A stretch of DNA of 62,871 bases, counting the filler. It is 4 parts of 4 records of this genome, joined end to end, with 100 filler letters (N's around TTAATTAATTAA, not from the genome) between each part and the next. Parts side by side here need not be neighbours in the genome. Positions count along the whole stretch, not along the records: positions 6,741 to 21,169 come from SRR22947727_3530; positions 21,270 to 31,060 come from SRR22947727_3532; 2 more parts are not named here. One strand, written 5' to 3'. Made by a program: the position numbers and the translations under genes. A model generated the notes under the pieces. That model saw nothing but the letters and a program-made list of their open reading frames with translations. It was not told where the DNA came from and ran no database searches. Position 1 is the first letter of the stretch; every line of letters begins with the position of its first letter. Of the stretch, positions 19,908-30,500 are shown piece by piece.

Positions 19908-20609
19908 CTAACGTATTTTAACAATCTCGAATCCTTGCTCCGCCACTCGCCACTTCAGCACCAAGTCATAGAGCGTGCCGCTGACGAGCGCATCCACAAG
20001 CGCAATCTGATCACCCGAAGCCGTGCAACTACCGCCGCTCAAATCAACTGCGTCAGCGCCGCTAATAAAGTCCTCACTAAACTTCACCACCTCAAACTGG
20101 GCGATACTCTCCTTCGTCAGACCCGAGGCGTCATAGGCCACGGCGCTAATCGAATGGGCGCCGGCGGACAGCGTGCTATAACTGTAAGCCATTGAAAATC
20201 CCGACTCAGCCGACTTGGCAACATCAGGAAAAGCACCTGCCACATCGCCGCGCGCACCGCCATACGGCACATCAACGCTATAAACGCCATCGATCCAAAT
20301 CTCAATTTTTTCAATGCCGTCAGATGCAATAGCCCAGCCACGAAGATTGCCGACCCCTGTATGAATCTCGCCTGCAACCGGTTCTTCTAGCACAACGCGG
20401 AATGTTCCGGTTGTCTCGTCGTCTGCCGCCATCGGGTTAGACGGGGGCAAGAAGGCTCGATATCGCGTCAAACCTGAGGCCTCGACACTCGTCCTGTGAT
20501 TCATCCCACCCGGGAATGAATCAGCGCTGGTATTGCTGATAAACAAAGGGGCTGAAATCAGCAAAAAAACGGATACAACGCGCGCAGAAATGAAACTCAG
20601 GGGGGGCAT
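19908..20609 (-). CDS. secreted Ig-like domain protein, paralog of the neighbour's N-domain
   Basis: Signal peptide; LEEPVAGEIHTGVGNLRGWAIASDGIEKIEIWIDG...PYGGARGDVAGAFP...WRVAEQGFEIV. Confidence 0.75.
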   Translation of the reverse strand: MPPLSFISARVVSVFLLISAPLFISNTSADSFPGGMNHRTSVEASGLTRYRAFLPPSNPMAADDETTGTFRVVLEEPVAGEIHTGVGNLRGWAIASDGIEKIEIWIDGVYSVDVPYGGARGDVAGAFPDVAKSAESGFSMAYSYSTLSAGAHSISAVAYDASGLTKESIAQFEVVKFSEDFISGADAVDLSGGSCTASGDQIALVDALVSGTLYDLVLKWRVAEQGFEIVKIR

Positions 20610-20993
20610 GCTGGCTACCTGTTAGCAGAGGTAATTCAGCTTCGAGACTATCTGCATTCGGCACCCGAGGCAAATAAGGTAAGGGAACTCAACAGCCCCC
20701 CAAACGAGTTACCCACAGGAGACCGGTCTATTGCGCCGCCAGCCTAACCGAAGCATAACGACGAGCTTGGTGGCGGCTGCAGGGGCGTGAGACACAGGTG
20801 GCGTTGAAGATCACCTGACTGCCGATTTAGCGAATCGATAAGTCCAACGCGCCAACCCCTTGCAAGACCGATAACGGCGCCCTCCTGTTTGTTAAAAAAC
20901 CCACCCAAAAAACTATAAAAAATAGTCACTTAGGCGTATGCTCCGCGACCTCTACGATCGGGCACCAAAAATGCCCCCAGCACAGGTAATTTA

Positions 20994-21169
20994 ATGTCAT
21001 CCGTTGACTTCGCATCACTGGGTATTTCTGCCCCGGTCCTCAAAGCGGTAAAGCAACTCGGTTATGAACAACCTTCTCCCGTTCAAGCGGCGAGCATTCC
21101 AATCTTGCTCGAAGGGAAAAACCTGCTGGGTACTGCCCAGACGGGTACGGGGAAGACTGCCGCCTTTGC
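20994..21169 (+). CDS. deaD: DEAD-box RNA helicase (DeaD/CsdA-like), 3'-truncated
   Basis: Q motif FASLG...[14 protein letters not shown] and Walker [12 protein letters not shown]. Confidence 0.75.
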
Positions 21170-21269
21170 NNNNNNNNNNNNNNNNNNNNNNNNNNNNNNN
21201 NNNNNNNNNNNNNTTAATTAATTAANNNNNNNNNNNNNNNNNNNNNNNNNNNNNNNNNNNNNNNNNNNN
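21170..21269. other. artificial contig linker
   Basis: N runs flanking ttaattaattaa. Confidence 0.99.
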
Positions 21270-21739
21270 CCTACTTTTCCACGCTTATGGATGTAACCCG
21301 GGGCAATCCCGATGCGGCAACCACCGTGAGAATTCTCACCCGTTCCAGGAGTAACAACGCCCGGGCAGTTTGGTCCGATAAGACGTGTTTTTGATCCTTC
21401 CATCGCTGAACGAACACGCATCATGTCAATCACAGGAATGCCTTCGGTAATTGCGATCGCAAGATCAACTCCGGCATCGACGGCTTCCAAAATTGCATCG
21501 GCAGCAAACGGAGGCGGAACGAAAATCGCAGAAACGGTCGCGCCTGTTTCAGAAACAGCTTCGTCGACGGTGTCATAAATAGGAACAACGTCAGAAAATT
21601 TCTGACCGCCTTTTCCAGGAGTCACACCCGCGACGACTTGCGTGCCATAGTCCAGGCTAAGTTGGGCGTGGCGTCCGCCAAATGATCCGGTGATGCCCTG
21701 AATGAGGACTTTGGTATTTTCGTCTACGAGAATGGCCAT
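21270..21739 (-). CDS. sucD: succinyl-CoA synthetase alpha subunit (3'-truncated)
   Basis: [55 protein letters not shown]. Confidence 0.97.
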
Positions 21740-21772
21740 GGTTTCGAGTGATTAGTATTTAGTAAAATGGTA

Positions 21773-22327
21773 TTAGTTTTCGGACCCAACAAATTCGTTA
21801 ATCGAAAGATCCGGTCGGTTCCACCAATGTTCGGCGCCAGCGGCAACGACATCGGTAGCAAATGAAGGGCGGAAAAGAACCGCGTTGGTGGGCGTTTCCT
21901 GAATAGCAAGACGACTGCAGAAAAAATTGGGATTCTCTTCTGCAAGAAAAGCCGCCAGTTTTGCAGCATAACAAGCTGCGCGAAGTTCAGTGGTCGGATC
22001 CCCTGGTGTCACCAACAATTTGGGAATCAGGTGAGCCTCATTTTCTTTAAAATAAGTGATCAACGGATCTTTGTGACCGAGGTGAAAGCTGTGATCGACA
22101 GATTTATCAATCCACTGAAACCAGCGGCCTTTAATCCTCGAAAACTCAACCAGCATGTTGGTTTCCGGATCAAGACCTGCATTCGATTTCTCAGCCAACT
22201 CGACAGTAACGACCTCGTCATGCCCGTGAGGGACCTGACAATTCGGAGCAATCCCAGAATTCAATCGATGAGCCATGCTGTATCGCCGATTAAATTCGAG
22301 TGCAAATCCGTAGCCGTCTTCCGCCAT
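21773..22327 (-). CDS. queD: 6-carboxy-5,6,7,8-tetrahydropterin synthase / PTPS family (QueD-like)
   Basis: SMAHRL, CQVPHGH (Cys plus Zn-His), DH, PTTE and terminal ETPTN tunnel-fold motifs. Confidence 0.8.
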   Translation of the reverse strand: MAEDGYGFALEFNRRYSMAHRLNSGIAPNCQVPHGHDEVVTVELAEKSNAGLDPETNMLVEFSRIKGRWFQWIDKSVDHSFHLGHKDPLITYFKENEAHLIPKLLVTPGDPTTELRAACYAAKLAAFLAEENPNFFCSRLAIQETPTNAVLFRPSFATDVVAAGAEHWWNRPDLSINEFVGSEN

Positions 22328-22338
22328 CGTTTGAAAAT

Positions 22339-23523
22339 TTACGCTGCGATCGCCTTAACTACTTTTTCAGCAGCATCAGCAAGATCATCACCTGTGATGA
22401 GATCAATTCCGGAAGTCTTGAGCGTTTCTCGTCCAGCCGCCACGTTATTTCCTTCGAGGCGAATGATCAGCGGGATGTTCATGTCAACTTCGCCGCATGC
22501 AGCAACGATGCCTTTTGCGATCACATCGCAATCCATGATTCCACCAAAAATGTTAACGAGGATTCCTTTTACGTTTGGGTCCGAAAGAATGATTTTAAAC
22601 GCGTTTGCAACTTGCTCCTGAGTTGCGCCACCCCCTACGTCGAGAAAGTTTGCAGGATCACCACCGTAATGCTTGATGATGTCCATCGTCGACATTGCGA
22701 GGCCAGCTCCATTTACGAGACAGGCGATGTTTCCGTCGAGACCGATGTAGTTGAGACCGAATTTCGCAGCTTCAACTTCACGAGGATCTTCTTCCGTTGG
22801 GTCGTGCATCGCAGCAATTTCTGGCTGACGATAAAGCGCGTTGTCATCGAAATCGAACTTCGCATCAAGCGCGAGAACCTGACCGTCCGGAGTCGTCACG
22901 AGTGGATTAATTTCCACCATCGAACAATCACATTCGAGGAAGAGATTGAAGAGTGACTTGAGCAATTTTGCGAACTGTTTGGCCTGATCGCCTGCGAAAC
23001 CGAGTTTCTTGCAAAGCTTGCGCACTTCATAGGGCTGAAGTCCTGCGAGTGGGTGAACTGCCTCGTTGTGAATCAACTCAGGTGTATTTTCAGCAACATC
23101 CTCGATATTTACGCCGCCTTCAGTCGAAATCACGATCACTGGGCTGCGGCTGTCGCGATCCATCAGAATCGCGAGGTAATATTCTTTCTCAATGTCGACC
23201 GCTTCAGCAATCAGCACCTTGGAAACAAGCTTTCCTTCTTCGCCGGTCTGGTGAGTCACCAACGTCTGGCCGATCATTTTCTCGGCGATTTCAGCAGCTT
23301 CATCAGCCGTTTTAACGAGGTGAACCCCGCCCTGAAAACCGTTTTTAAAAGTGCCTTTTCCGCGACCACCGGCGTGGACTTGAGCTTTCACCACGATCTG
23401 ACCGCTGGTGATTGCTTCAGCCGCTGCGCGAGCTTCTTCAGGTGTGTTGGCGACAGTTCCCTTGGGAGAAGGAACATTGAATTTATCGAAAAGCTCTTTG
23501 GCTTGGTATTCGTGAATGTTCAT
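22339..23523 (-). CDS. sucC: succinyl-CoA synthetase beta subunit (start set at MNIHEYQAK)
   Basis: [59 protein letters not shown]. Confidence 0.98.
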   Translation of the reverse strand: MNIHEYQAKELFDKFNVPSPKGTVANTPEEARAAAEAITSGQIVVKAQVHAGGRGKGTFKNGFQGGVHLVKTADEAAEIAEKMIGQTLVTHQTGEEGKLVSKVLIAEAVDIEKEYYLAILMDRDSRSPVIVISTEGGVNIEDVAENTPELIHNEAVHPLAGLQPYEVRKLCKKLGFAGDQAKQFAKLLKSLFNLFLECDCSMVEINPLVTTPDGQVLALDAKFDFDDNALYRQPEIAAMHDPTEEDPREVEAAKFGLNYIGLDGNIACLVNGAGLAMSTMDIIKHYGGDPANFLDVGGGATQEQVANAFKIILSDPNVKGILVNIFGGIMDCDVIAKGIVAACGEVDMNIPLIIRLEGNNVAAGRETLKTSGIDLITGDDLADAAEKVVKAIAA

Positions 23524-23630
23524 CGGCAAAAAAGTCCGCGCTTTTCGCGGAGCGCGGCAACCTACGACCCCGTATTGGGGCGTCAAGGTAGGAATGGCTG
23601 CGAATGCCGTGAATCTGTTAATGAACAGAA

Positions 23631-24332
23631 TCAATCCAACAGCTTCACTTCAATCGACTGATAATGAATTTCGCTATCAGGATCGTGGGCCTGCAATCCA
23701 AAGGTGCCTTCGGAAAGAATACGACCGGAGAAATTTTTCGCATTCGGGCCGCCTTTGGGCTCGGTATATTCCACCGTCGTCTCGCCGTTCACTTTGATCG
23801 TGATCTTCTTTCCTTTCACCGTGATGTGATACTCAAACCACTCGCCATCAGTGCTGGGTGCCTTTTTGCGAACATCATTGTCTCCTTTAGGCTCTTTTTG
23901 GCCTTCTTTAAGAACGATAATATTTTTGATTCCATAAAGCGAACCCGTTTTCTTGGGGTCTTTGTGAGTCGAATTGACTTGGCACTCATATCCCTTCGAA
24001 GGCCAGCCTTCGCCCTGCATCTCAGTGTGAATGTAAACCCCGCTGTTCGCACCAGGGAAAGTCTTGATCTTCAGCTTCAGCTCGAAATTCTTAAATTTTC
24101 CACCGTTCACATCACCCGTGTAAAACAGGTGACTGCGACCGCCTTTGACGACCAACTCACCGTCTTTGTTTACGGAATAGGAATCCGGATTTTCCTTCGA
24201 TGGACTCCAGCCCGTCAGATCTTTTCCGTTAAAAAGCGGCACAAATCCTTTTTCCTGGGCAACAGCTGAAAGTCCAAGAGCAAGCACTGCAATTAGACAG
24301 CTGATTTTTGTAAATGGGTTCATCGTTTTCAT
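23631..24332 (-). CDS. DUF1080 (3-keto-disaccharide hydrolase-like) secreted protein
   Basis: Signal peptide; [38 protein letters not shown]. Confidence 0.9.
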   Translation of the reverse strand: MKTMNPFTKISCLIAVLALGLSAVAQEKGFVPLFNGKDLTGWSPSKENPDSYSVNKDGELVVKGGRSHLFYTGDVNGGKFKNFELKLKIKTFPGANSGVYIHTEMQGEGWPSKGYECQVNSTHKDPKKTGSLYGIKNIIVLKEGQKEPKGDNDVRKKAPSTDGEWFEYHITVKGKKITIKVNGETTVEYTEPKGGPNAKNFSGRILSEGTFGLQAHDPDSEIHYQSIEVKLLD

Positions 24333-24402
24333 AGCGCATGTTGTAGCGGATTTAAGCCGCAGTCCGCAAGCTCACAAACGCGCTATTTCAAAACTACATG
24401 GC

Positions 24403-24453
24403 TATACGCAACAACAGGGTTGATTCATCGAATCAACCCTGTTCCAACGTAAA
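24403..24453. repeat. palindromic intergenic repeat, copy A
   Basis: Perfect 14-bp arms aacagggttgattc / gaatcaaccctgtt with 3-nt loop, just 3' of arsM. Confidence 0.9.
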
Positions 24454-24473
24454 TTGATTATCTAAATCAAAGA

Positions 24474-25622
24474 TCAGCAACACTCACCATCCGGCTCGCA
24501 GCAGTCTGAGGCTTCCGTCGTCACATCATAATCCATTCCCTTGGTCTCGCGTGGGTGACGTTCACGGGTGAACGAGCAATCAAACAAATCAGCTTTCTCA
24601 AGCGGAATATCTTCCTGCGGCTCGACGAGGTCGAATTGATCCGCGTAAGGCTCTTTTCCATAAATTTGGTAAAACTTATCGCAAACGGCGTAACGCTTGC
24701 CGCGCTCCATTGCGTGACCATCGTCATCGAGAACTCGCTTGAACGGGCCTTTGTAAATAACTGCCTGATTCCGCTCGTAGCACTCGCCTTCTTTTCCTTT
24801 GAAAGCTTCCACTGTCATGCTGCGGAATTCGAAGCCTTTTACGGTTTGCCATGGCTCTTTGTCGTATTTCAAAATACGAACGCCGTAGAAACCGACGTCT
24901 TCAAACGCCTGGAGGAAATCGTCTTCGCGAAACGCACCTGAGATGCAACCGCTCCACAATTCAGGATCGTCCTGCAATTCCTGTGGCACGTCTTCATCAC
25001 TGACGATGTCAGAAATCACGGCACGTCCACCACGCTTCAGCACGCGGTAGATCTCCTCGAACATCTGGCGACGATTCGAATTGGAAACCAAATTGAGAAC
25101 GCAGTTTGAAACAACCACATCGATGGAATCGCTCTCAACCAGCGGCTTCTTGATCCGAAGTTCATCAGCGAGTTCTTCCGCATCGAGGTAAGCATTTACG
25201 TCTCCAACCGGCTTCTTTTTGAGTTCATCATCAAGCGCCTGCAAATCAAGTTGGAGATCCTGAATCCGCCCTTTGCGGAATTCCACGTTGTCGTAACCGA
25301 TTCGCTCAGCAATGATCGGCGCGTTTTCACGAGCCACATCGAGCATGTCATCCGTCATATCAACGCCGATGACTTTTCCTGTTGGGCCGACCACCTGACT
25401 CGCGATGAAACAGATCTTTCCAGTGCCGCTGCCGAGATCGAGAACGGTCTCGCCTTCTTTCACGTATTTACTGGGATCGCCGCAGCCATAATCTCGCTCA
25501 ATTACTTCAGTTGGGATCACTTCGAGATATTTCTGGTCATACTCAACAGGACAGCAGAGAGCCGGAACCTGGACTTGGGCGCCTTCGGCGTAACGCTCTT
25601 TAACAACGGTGTCAGTCTTCAT
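24474..25622 (-). CDS. arsM: arsenite methyltransferase-like SAM-dependent methyltransferase (ArsS-associated)
   Basis: LCCP, YGCGDP, VLDLGSGTG, GVDMT, SNCVLNL, WSGCISGA conserved Cys set; Cys-rich tail; downstream of arsS. Confidence 0.8.
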   Translation of the reverse strand: MKTDTVVKERYAEGAQVQVPALCCPVEYDQKYLEVIPTEVIERDYGCGDPSKYVKEGETVLDLGSGTGKICFIASQVVGPTGKVIGVDMTDDMLDVARENAPIIAERIGYDNVEFRKGRIQDLQLDLQALDDELKKKPVGDVNAYLDAEELADELRIKKPLVESDSIDVVVSNCVLNLVSNSNRRQMFEEIYRVLKRGGRAVISDIVSDEDVPQELQDDPELWSGCISGAFREDDFLQAFEDVGFYGVRILKYDKEPWQTVKGFEFRSMTVEAFKGKEGECYERNQAVIYKGPFKRVLDDDGHAMERGKRYAVCDKFYQIYGKEPYADQFDLVEPQEDIPLEKADLFDCSFTRERHPRETKGMDYDVTTEASDCCEPDGECC

Positions 25623-25678
25623 GATTTGGAAAAATTAATTAAGTAGGGGGGTAAGAAAATTGATTGAATTTTGGAAAT

Positions 25679-26674
25679 TCATTCAGAAATCGCACCGCCA
25701 CAGGAGCTTCCGCTTCCAGCCGTACAGCCGAAGCAGTGATTTCCGGTGCGAATCGGAACATTTTCAAAAGTCTCGTGATCGATGTCCCACAAATAGAGCT
25801 GCTCTTTTTGATCACCACCGTCAGCAGTGTGAAGCGGCAATTTCATCATTTGGTTGAAGTCGCAATCGAAGACTTCACCCAACCAGCTGACATTAATCGT
25901 GTTCTTACACATCAAACCGCCCACCGTAGCAGGATTGTAAGCGTCTTTCAGCGTCTCCATGTAGCTTTGCAGCTCATTGTTCCGCTTCAAATAACTGGCA
26001 AAACGCGCGATCGGCATGTTCGCGATACAGAACAACGAATTAAAATCGATGTCGAAATGCTCCTTCATTTCCTTTTTGTATTTCGCCTCGAGCGCAGTCT
26101 GCTCGGGCGGCAAAAAGCCTCCGTTTGGATTGTAAACGAAGTTCATGATCAGATTCGGATCGCGTCCGTAACCAAGCTCATTCAGCTGCTGGAACGCTGA
26201 AATGCTGCTATCAAAAACGCCGTCGCCACGCTGTTCGTTGACGTTTTCCGGCTCGTAGCACGGCATTGAAGCGATGATTTCCACTTGGTTCTCGGCAAGA
26301 AATTCAGGAACCCACTCGAATCCAGGCTCATTAATAATCGTCGCGTTCAGGCGATCCATCACCCGTCGCGGCTGATCAAATTCGCGAACGGTTTTCACCA
26401 GTCGCTTAAAATCTGGAATCATCTCCGGCGTTCCGCCCGTCATATCGAGAATCGGAATATCAGTTTTTTCGAACCACGTCAGCAACTTATCAATCGTATC
26501 GCCCGTTACGATTTCCTTCCGGCCTGGGCCTGCGTTGACATGACAATGAACGCACGTCAGATTGCAGAGCTTACCAACATTGAGCTGCAAAATTTCCGGG
26601 CGCGAACGAAGCAATGGCGAATTTGAATCGGCCAAAGCCTGGTCAAAATCGTTTTTAATGAGAAGATTCACCAT
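25679..26674 (-). CDS. arsS: radical SAM protein, arsenosugar biosynthesis ArsS family (DUF3641 C-terminus)
   Basis: LQLNVGKLCNLTCVHCHVNAGP (CxxxCxxC), ASMPCY, QRGDGVF, DCDFNQM, HCFGCTAGSGSSCGG. Confidence 0.9.
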   Translation of the reverse strand: MVNLLIKNDFDQALADSNSPLLRSRPEILQLNVGKLCNLTCVHCHVNAGPGRKEIVTGDTIDKLLTWFEKTDIPILDMTGGTPEMIPDFKRLVKTVREFDQPRRVMDRLNATIINEPGFEWVPEFLAENQVEIIASMPCYEPENVNEQRGDGVFDSSISAFQQLNELGYGRDPNLIMNFVYNPNGGFLPPEQTALEAKYKKEMKEHFDIDFNSLFCIANMPIARFASYLKRNNELQSYMETLKDAYNPATVGGLMCKNTINVSWLGEVFDCDFNQMMKLPLHTADGGDQKEQLYLWDIDHETFENVPIRTGNHCFGCTAGSGSSCGGAISE

Positions 26675-26767
26675 GGGAATATTAGGGAGAAGAATGGGGT
26701 CCGACGAATCGAAAGGGGAGTCTTTACACTTTTTTGAAACAATCTTGAAGCATTAAATTCCTTCCCA

Positions 26768-27415
26768 ATGTGCAACTTATATGACATCGGACCTGGCTCA
26801 GATCTAAAATTTTTCAATTGGCAACGCGGATTAAAATCCGCAATTGAAGCAGCCTCCAAGCCCTTTGGCGTCAGAAAAACCGATCCCGGAATCGTGGCCC
26901 GCTTCACCCCTGAAAAATCTTCCATCGAAGCCGTTTCAATGCGATGGGGATTCCACCGCCCATTCAATCCCGCGATCAACAATGCCCGATCCGACAAATT
27001 AAACGGCAGAATGTGGGACGATGCCTGGCGCGAAAAACGCCGCTGCGTGATTCCCGTTTCCACCTTTTACGAATGGACCGGACCGACTGGAGGAAAGCAA
27101 ACTCACGCCTTTCAACGACTCGACGCCCCGTTTTTGATGGCCGGCTTGTGGGAGCTGAATCCCGATCCTGCCATCGGTCTCAGCTTCACGATGTTGACAA
27201 CCGATGCATCCGATCAAGTTGAACGAATTCATCATCGGATGCCTTCCTTACTAAACGAAAGCGACATCCCCGAATTTCTCGAAACAGAAAACCCCATGCA
27301 TCTCGTGCAGCCATTCAAAGGTGAATTGAAGATTTTTGACTGCGAAAACCCGCTCAAAATGAAGGCCTCCGATCACAAAGGACCCATCCCTATTTCGATG
27401 CTGCCTGGATTTTAG
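26768..27415 (+). CDS. SOS response-associated peptidase (SRAP/YedK/HMCES) abasic-site processing protein
   Basis: N-terminal MCNLY (Cys2), MRWG, NNARSD, RCVIPVSTFYEW, AGLW, IHHRMP. Confidence 0.92.
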   Translation: MCNLYDIGPGSDLKFFNWQRGLKSAIEAASKPFGVRKTDPGIVARFTPEKSSIEAVSMRWGFHRPFNPAINNARSDKLNGRMWDDAWREKRRCVIPVSTFYEWTGPTGGKQTHAFQRLDAPFLMAGLWELNPDPAIGLSFTMLTTDASDQVERIHHRMPSLLNESDIPEFLETENPMHLVQPFKGELKIFDCENPLKMKASDHKGPIPISMLPGF

Positions 27416-27416
27416 A

Positions 27417-27469
27417 TTTCACGATCTAACAGGGTTGGTTCGTCGAACGGATACTATTAGATCGTGAAA
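27417..27469. repeat. palindromic intergenic repeat, copy B
   Basis: tttcacgatctaacagggttggttcgtcgaacggatactattagatcgtgaaa, starting 2 nt after the SRAP stop. Confidence 0.9.
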
Positions 27470-27523
27470 GCACACACCCGCGCTGGTTGACCACCCGCTT
27501 CGGCTCAGTTACGATCTCAATCG

Positions 27524-30500
27524 ATGTGGTCGGCGAATACTCTGCAAGCTGTGGGTCTCGTGATGTTCCGGTGGTTTTCCGGAATCATGATCGCCGCGCT
27601 GTTTGGGATTTCGACAGCAACGGCACAGAAAGAAGGTGAACCGACTCAAGTTGAGTGGACGGCCTCGGATACGAAGCTGGCGAACCACTACATCCTGCTG
27701 CTTCAGAAAAAGCCGGAGTTCGGCAATGTCCTCGACCTCCTCTGGGATCTTTACGATAAAAAAGGGCAGATTCCCCTCCTGCTCGAATACATCGGAAACG
27801 CAGCCAAAGCCGAAGGCGCGCCAGCGGTGACGCTGACCATTTACGCTCACCTGTTGCGGAAAAATGATGACCTCGATGGCGCGCGCGATTTTTACGGACA
27901 GGTTCTCGATTCGCAGCCAGAAGACCCAATCGCGCTGAAAGCCTCTGCAGAAATCGCCGATCAGCAGCGACGCGACGCCAAGGCGCTTTCTCTCTACACG
28001 AAAGCAATCAACGTCATCGGGATTGAAACTGAAGACGGGGTGAAAATTCGAATGCGAAAAGCAGCACTTCATCGCGATTTGAATCAAATTGAAGAGGCTG
28101 TCGTAATTTGGAACACCCTGCTCACGGCCTATCCGGCAAACGTGGAACTCCGAACCGAGGTCGTGGCGTTTTTGCTCCAAGTTGGGGAAACGGACACCGC
28201 CATCAAGGTGCTGCGCGATTTGGCGGATCGCGCGAAAGCAGGAGATCCGGAGCAGCGTTTGAGTGCACTAACGGAACTGAATCGGCTTTACGAATTTATC
28301 AACGATTTCGATGGGGCTCAGGCTGCTGCGCGGGAAGGACTTTCCCTGATCCATTTCAAAAATCACCAATTCGAAGGTTTGTTCACCAAATTGGTGAGAC
28401 TTCATGAGCGTTTCGGGCGACTCAGTGAATTAGAGGCCGAACTCAAAGTCGAAGCTGATCAGGATCGCCCCTCGGAACAGGCCGTGGTGAAACTGACCGA
28501 ATTTTATCGCTTAACCGCCGATCCCGAAGCTGAAGAAAAATGGGTAAAACGACTCACCGAATTGGTTCCGGCAAACACCGATTATCGTGTCCGCCATGCG
28601 CTGATTTGCATGGAGAACGACCGCTATGAAGAAGCCGCTGAAATTCTCGATTCACTTCTGGAGGAAAATCCAAATGCGCCCTTTCGATTCACCTTGCTGC
28701 GATGCCGAGTAGCTTTGAATTCCGAGGGCCGGGCAGCAGCCGAAACGATGTTGAGCCGTTATTTGGAAGAGAAAAATCCAGATGCCGACAATCGCTCCCA
28801 AGTCCTGGAATTCGCGAGAGAGCATTATTTGGACGGCATTGTCGAAAAAATGCTGCGCGGCCAAATCGACGATCCCGATATGGGATCGGCCCCGATCAAA
28901 CTCGCCCGTTTTTTGCAGGAGCGAGGTCGGCGCGATCAGGCGATCGAAACGTTGAAGGGTTATGTGAAATCTGCCGGCGAAGCGAAAACCGATCGCGCGC
29001 GGCGGTTGCATGAGGTGAGCGTTGGCTTTCGCGACATGGAATTGCTGCCCGAAGCAATGCGAGCGATCGACGAAGCCATCTCGCTTTTTCCAAAACAAGC
29101 GAATTTCCATTTAGCGAAAGCCGAAATTCTGATGGATCAAAAGGCGCTCAACCCGACTTTAGATTCACTCGAGAAAGTTCGCGACTTGTCCATCGGTTTG
29201 GAAAAAAAATCGGAAATCGATCAGCGGATTTTCAGCCTGCTCCGAGGGATTGTTGACAAACCGGTCGAAGAAAATGCGACGCCTGCCTCAAATTCATCCG
29301 CCCTTCTGGAAAGCGTCGAGCAATATCGAAAAGCAGCGGCGGCGGCCTCGCGCGGACGGCGGGAAGCTGAGGAGCCTCCGCCGAAAAGACTGTTGGCCTA
29401 CTTCAAAAACATCGTGAAAGAGGCCAATGAGAATCCGACTCAGGAAACTCGTTATCGCGCCGGTTGGTGGGCGTTTAAAATGCAGGACACGCAGGAGTGC
29501 TTTAATCAGCTATCAAAAGCAAAAGCCGAAGCAAAGGATCCTAGCGTTGAAGTCGAAAAGCTGCTTTTAGAAATGGCCGTTCAGCTGGAGCGCCCCACGT
29601 TTCAAGCACGGCATCTCAAAACGTTGTCTGAAATCGATCCCGCAAATCAAGATGAATACCTTCAGCAGTGGGCTGAAGTCCGCTTCCTGCTCGGGTTCGA
29701 AGACGAAGCCATTCGGACACTGAAAAAGCTGGCGGCCAAACCGGACGCTTCGCTTGGCACGCTGAAAACGTTGGCGAAATCCTATCAGCGATTGAGCAGT
29801 AATCAGCGACAAATTGACGTGTGGCGGGATGCTTATCGGCGTTCAAATTTATTTGAGAAGCGCCAGATCATCAAGCAGCTGACCACCGCACTGGTTGGCC
29901 AGCGGATGCCGGAAGAAGCGCTGAAAGTTCAGTTGAATTTAATTCAGCGCGACACCGATCCAATTCAAAAACGAAAACAATTCGATACGCAACTTACGCT
30001 CGCCCAACGTCATTTCCTGCTTCCCTGGCTTCGCGAAAAATACGAAGAACTGACTCGGGCAAAACCATTCGATCGATTTTTCCCTGAGGCTTTGGCAAAA
30101 ATTCATCGCGCTGCCGGCAACGAAGATTTGGCCTTCGAAGCGATGAAAAAGGCCTACTACATGTCGGGCCACGATCGGGATTTATTGATCCAGCTCGGGG
30201 AAATGGCCGGAAATTCGGACGATCTGAAGGCGGCCATTTATTACCGACGTCAGTTGATCGCACACAGCGAAGAAGATGCCAGCATCGAAAGCTGGAAGTC
30301 TCTCATCACCATGTTGGAAAAGGATCTGCGACTGAAAGAAGCGGACTTAATTCGCCGTCGACTGGAATCGAAGTTCGGACAGGACGCTGATTTTCTGGAA
30401 GAAATGGCCACCTATTATCGCAAATCAGGGATCATCGATTCAGAAATTCGGGTACTTGAGAAACTCGTCGATTTGCGTCCGTGGGATTCCAAGAGCGCGC

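Noticed and set aside
22339..23634. Long N-terminal extensions in the ORF track for sucC (also ppk1, rsmI, bamD, lptF/G)
   Set aside because: Longest-ORF artefacts; family-typical starts lie downstream.
25679..25720. Possible selenocysteine in the ArsS tail
   Set aside because: The codon is TGT (SSCGG), not TGA.
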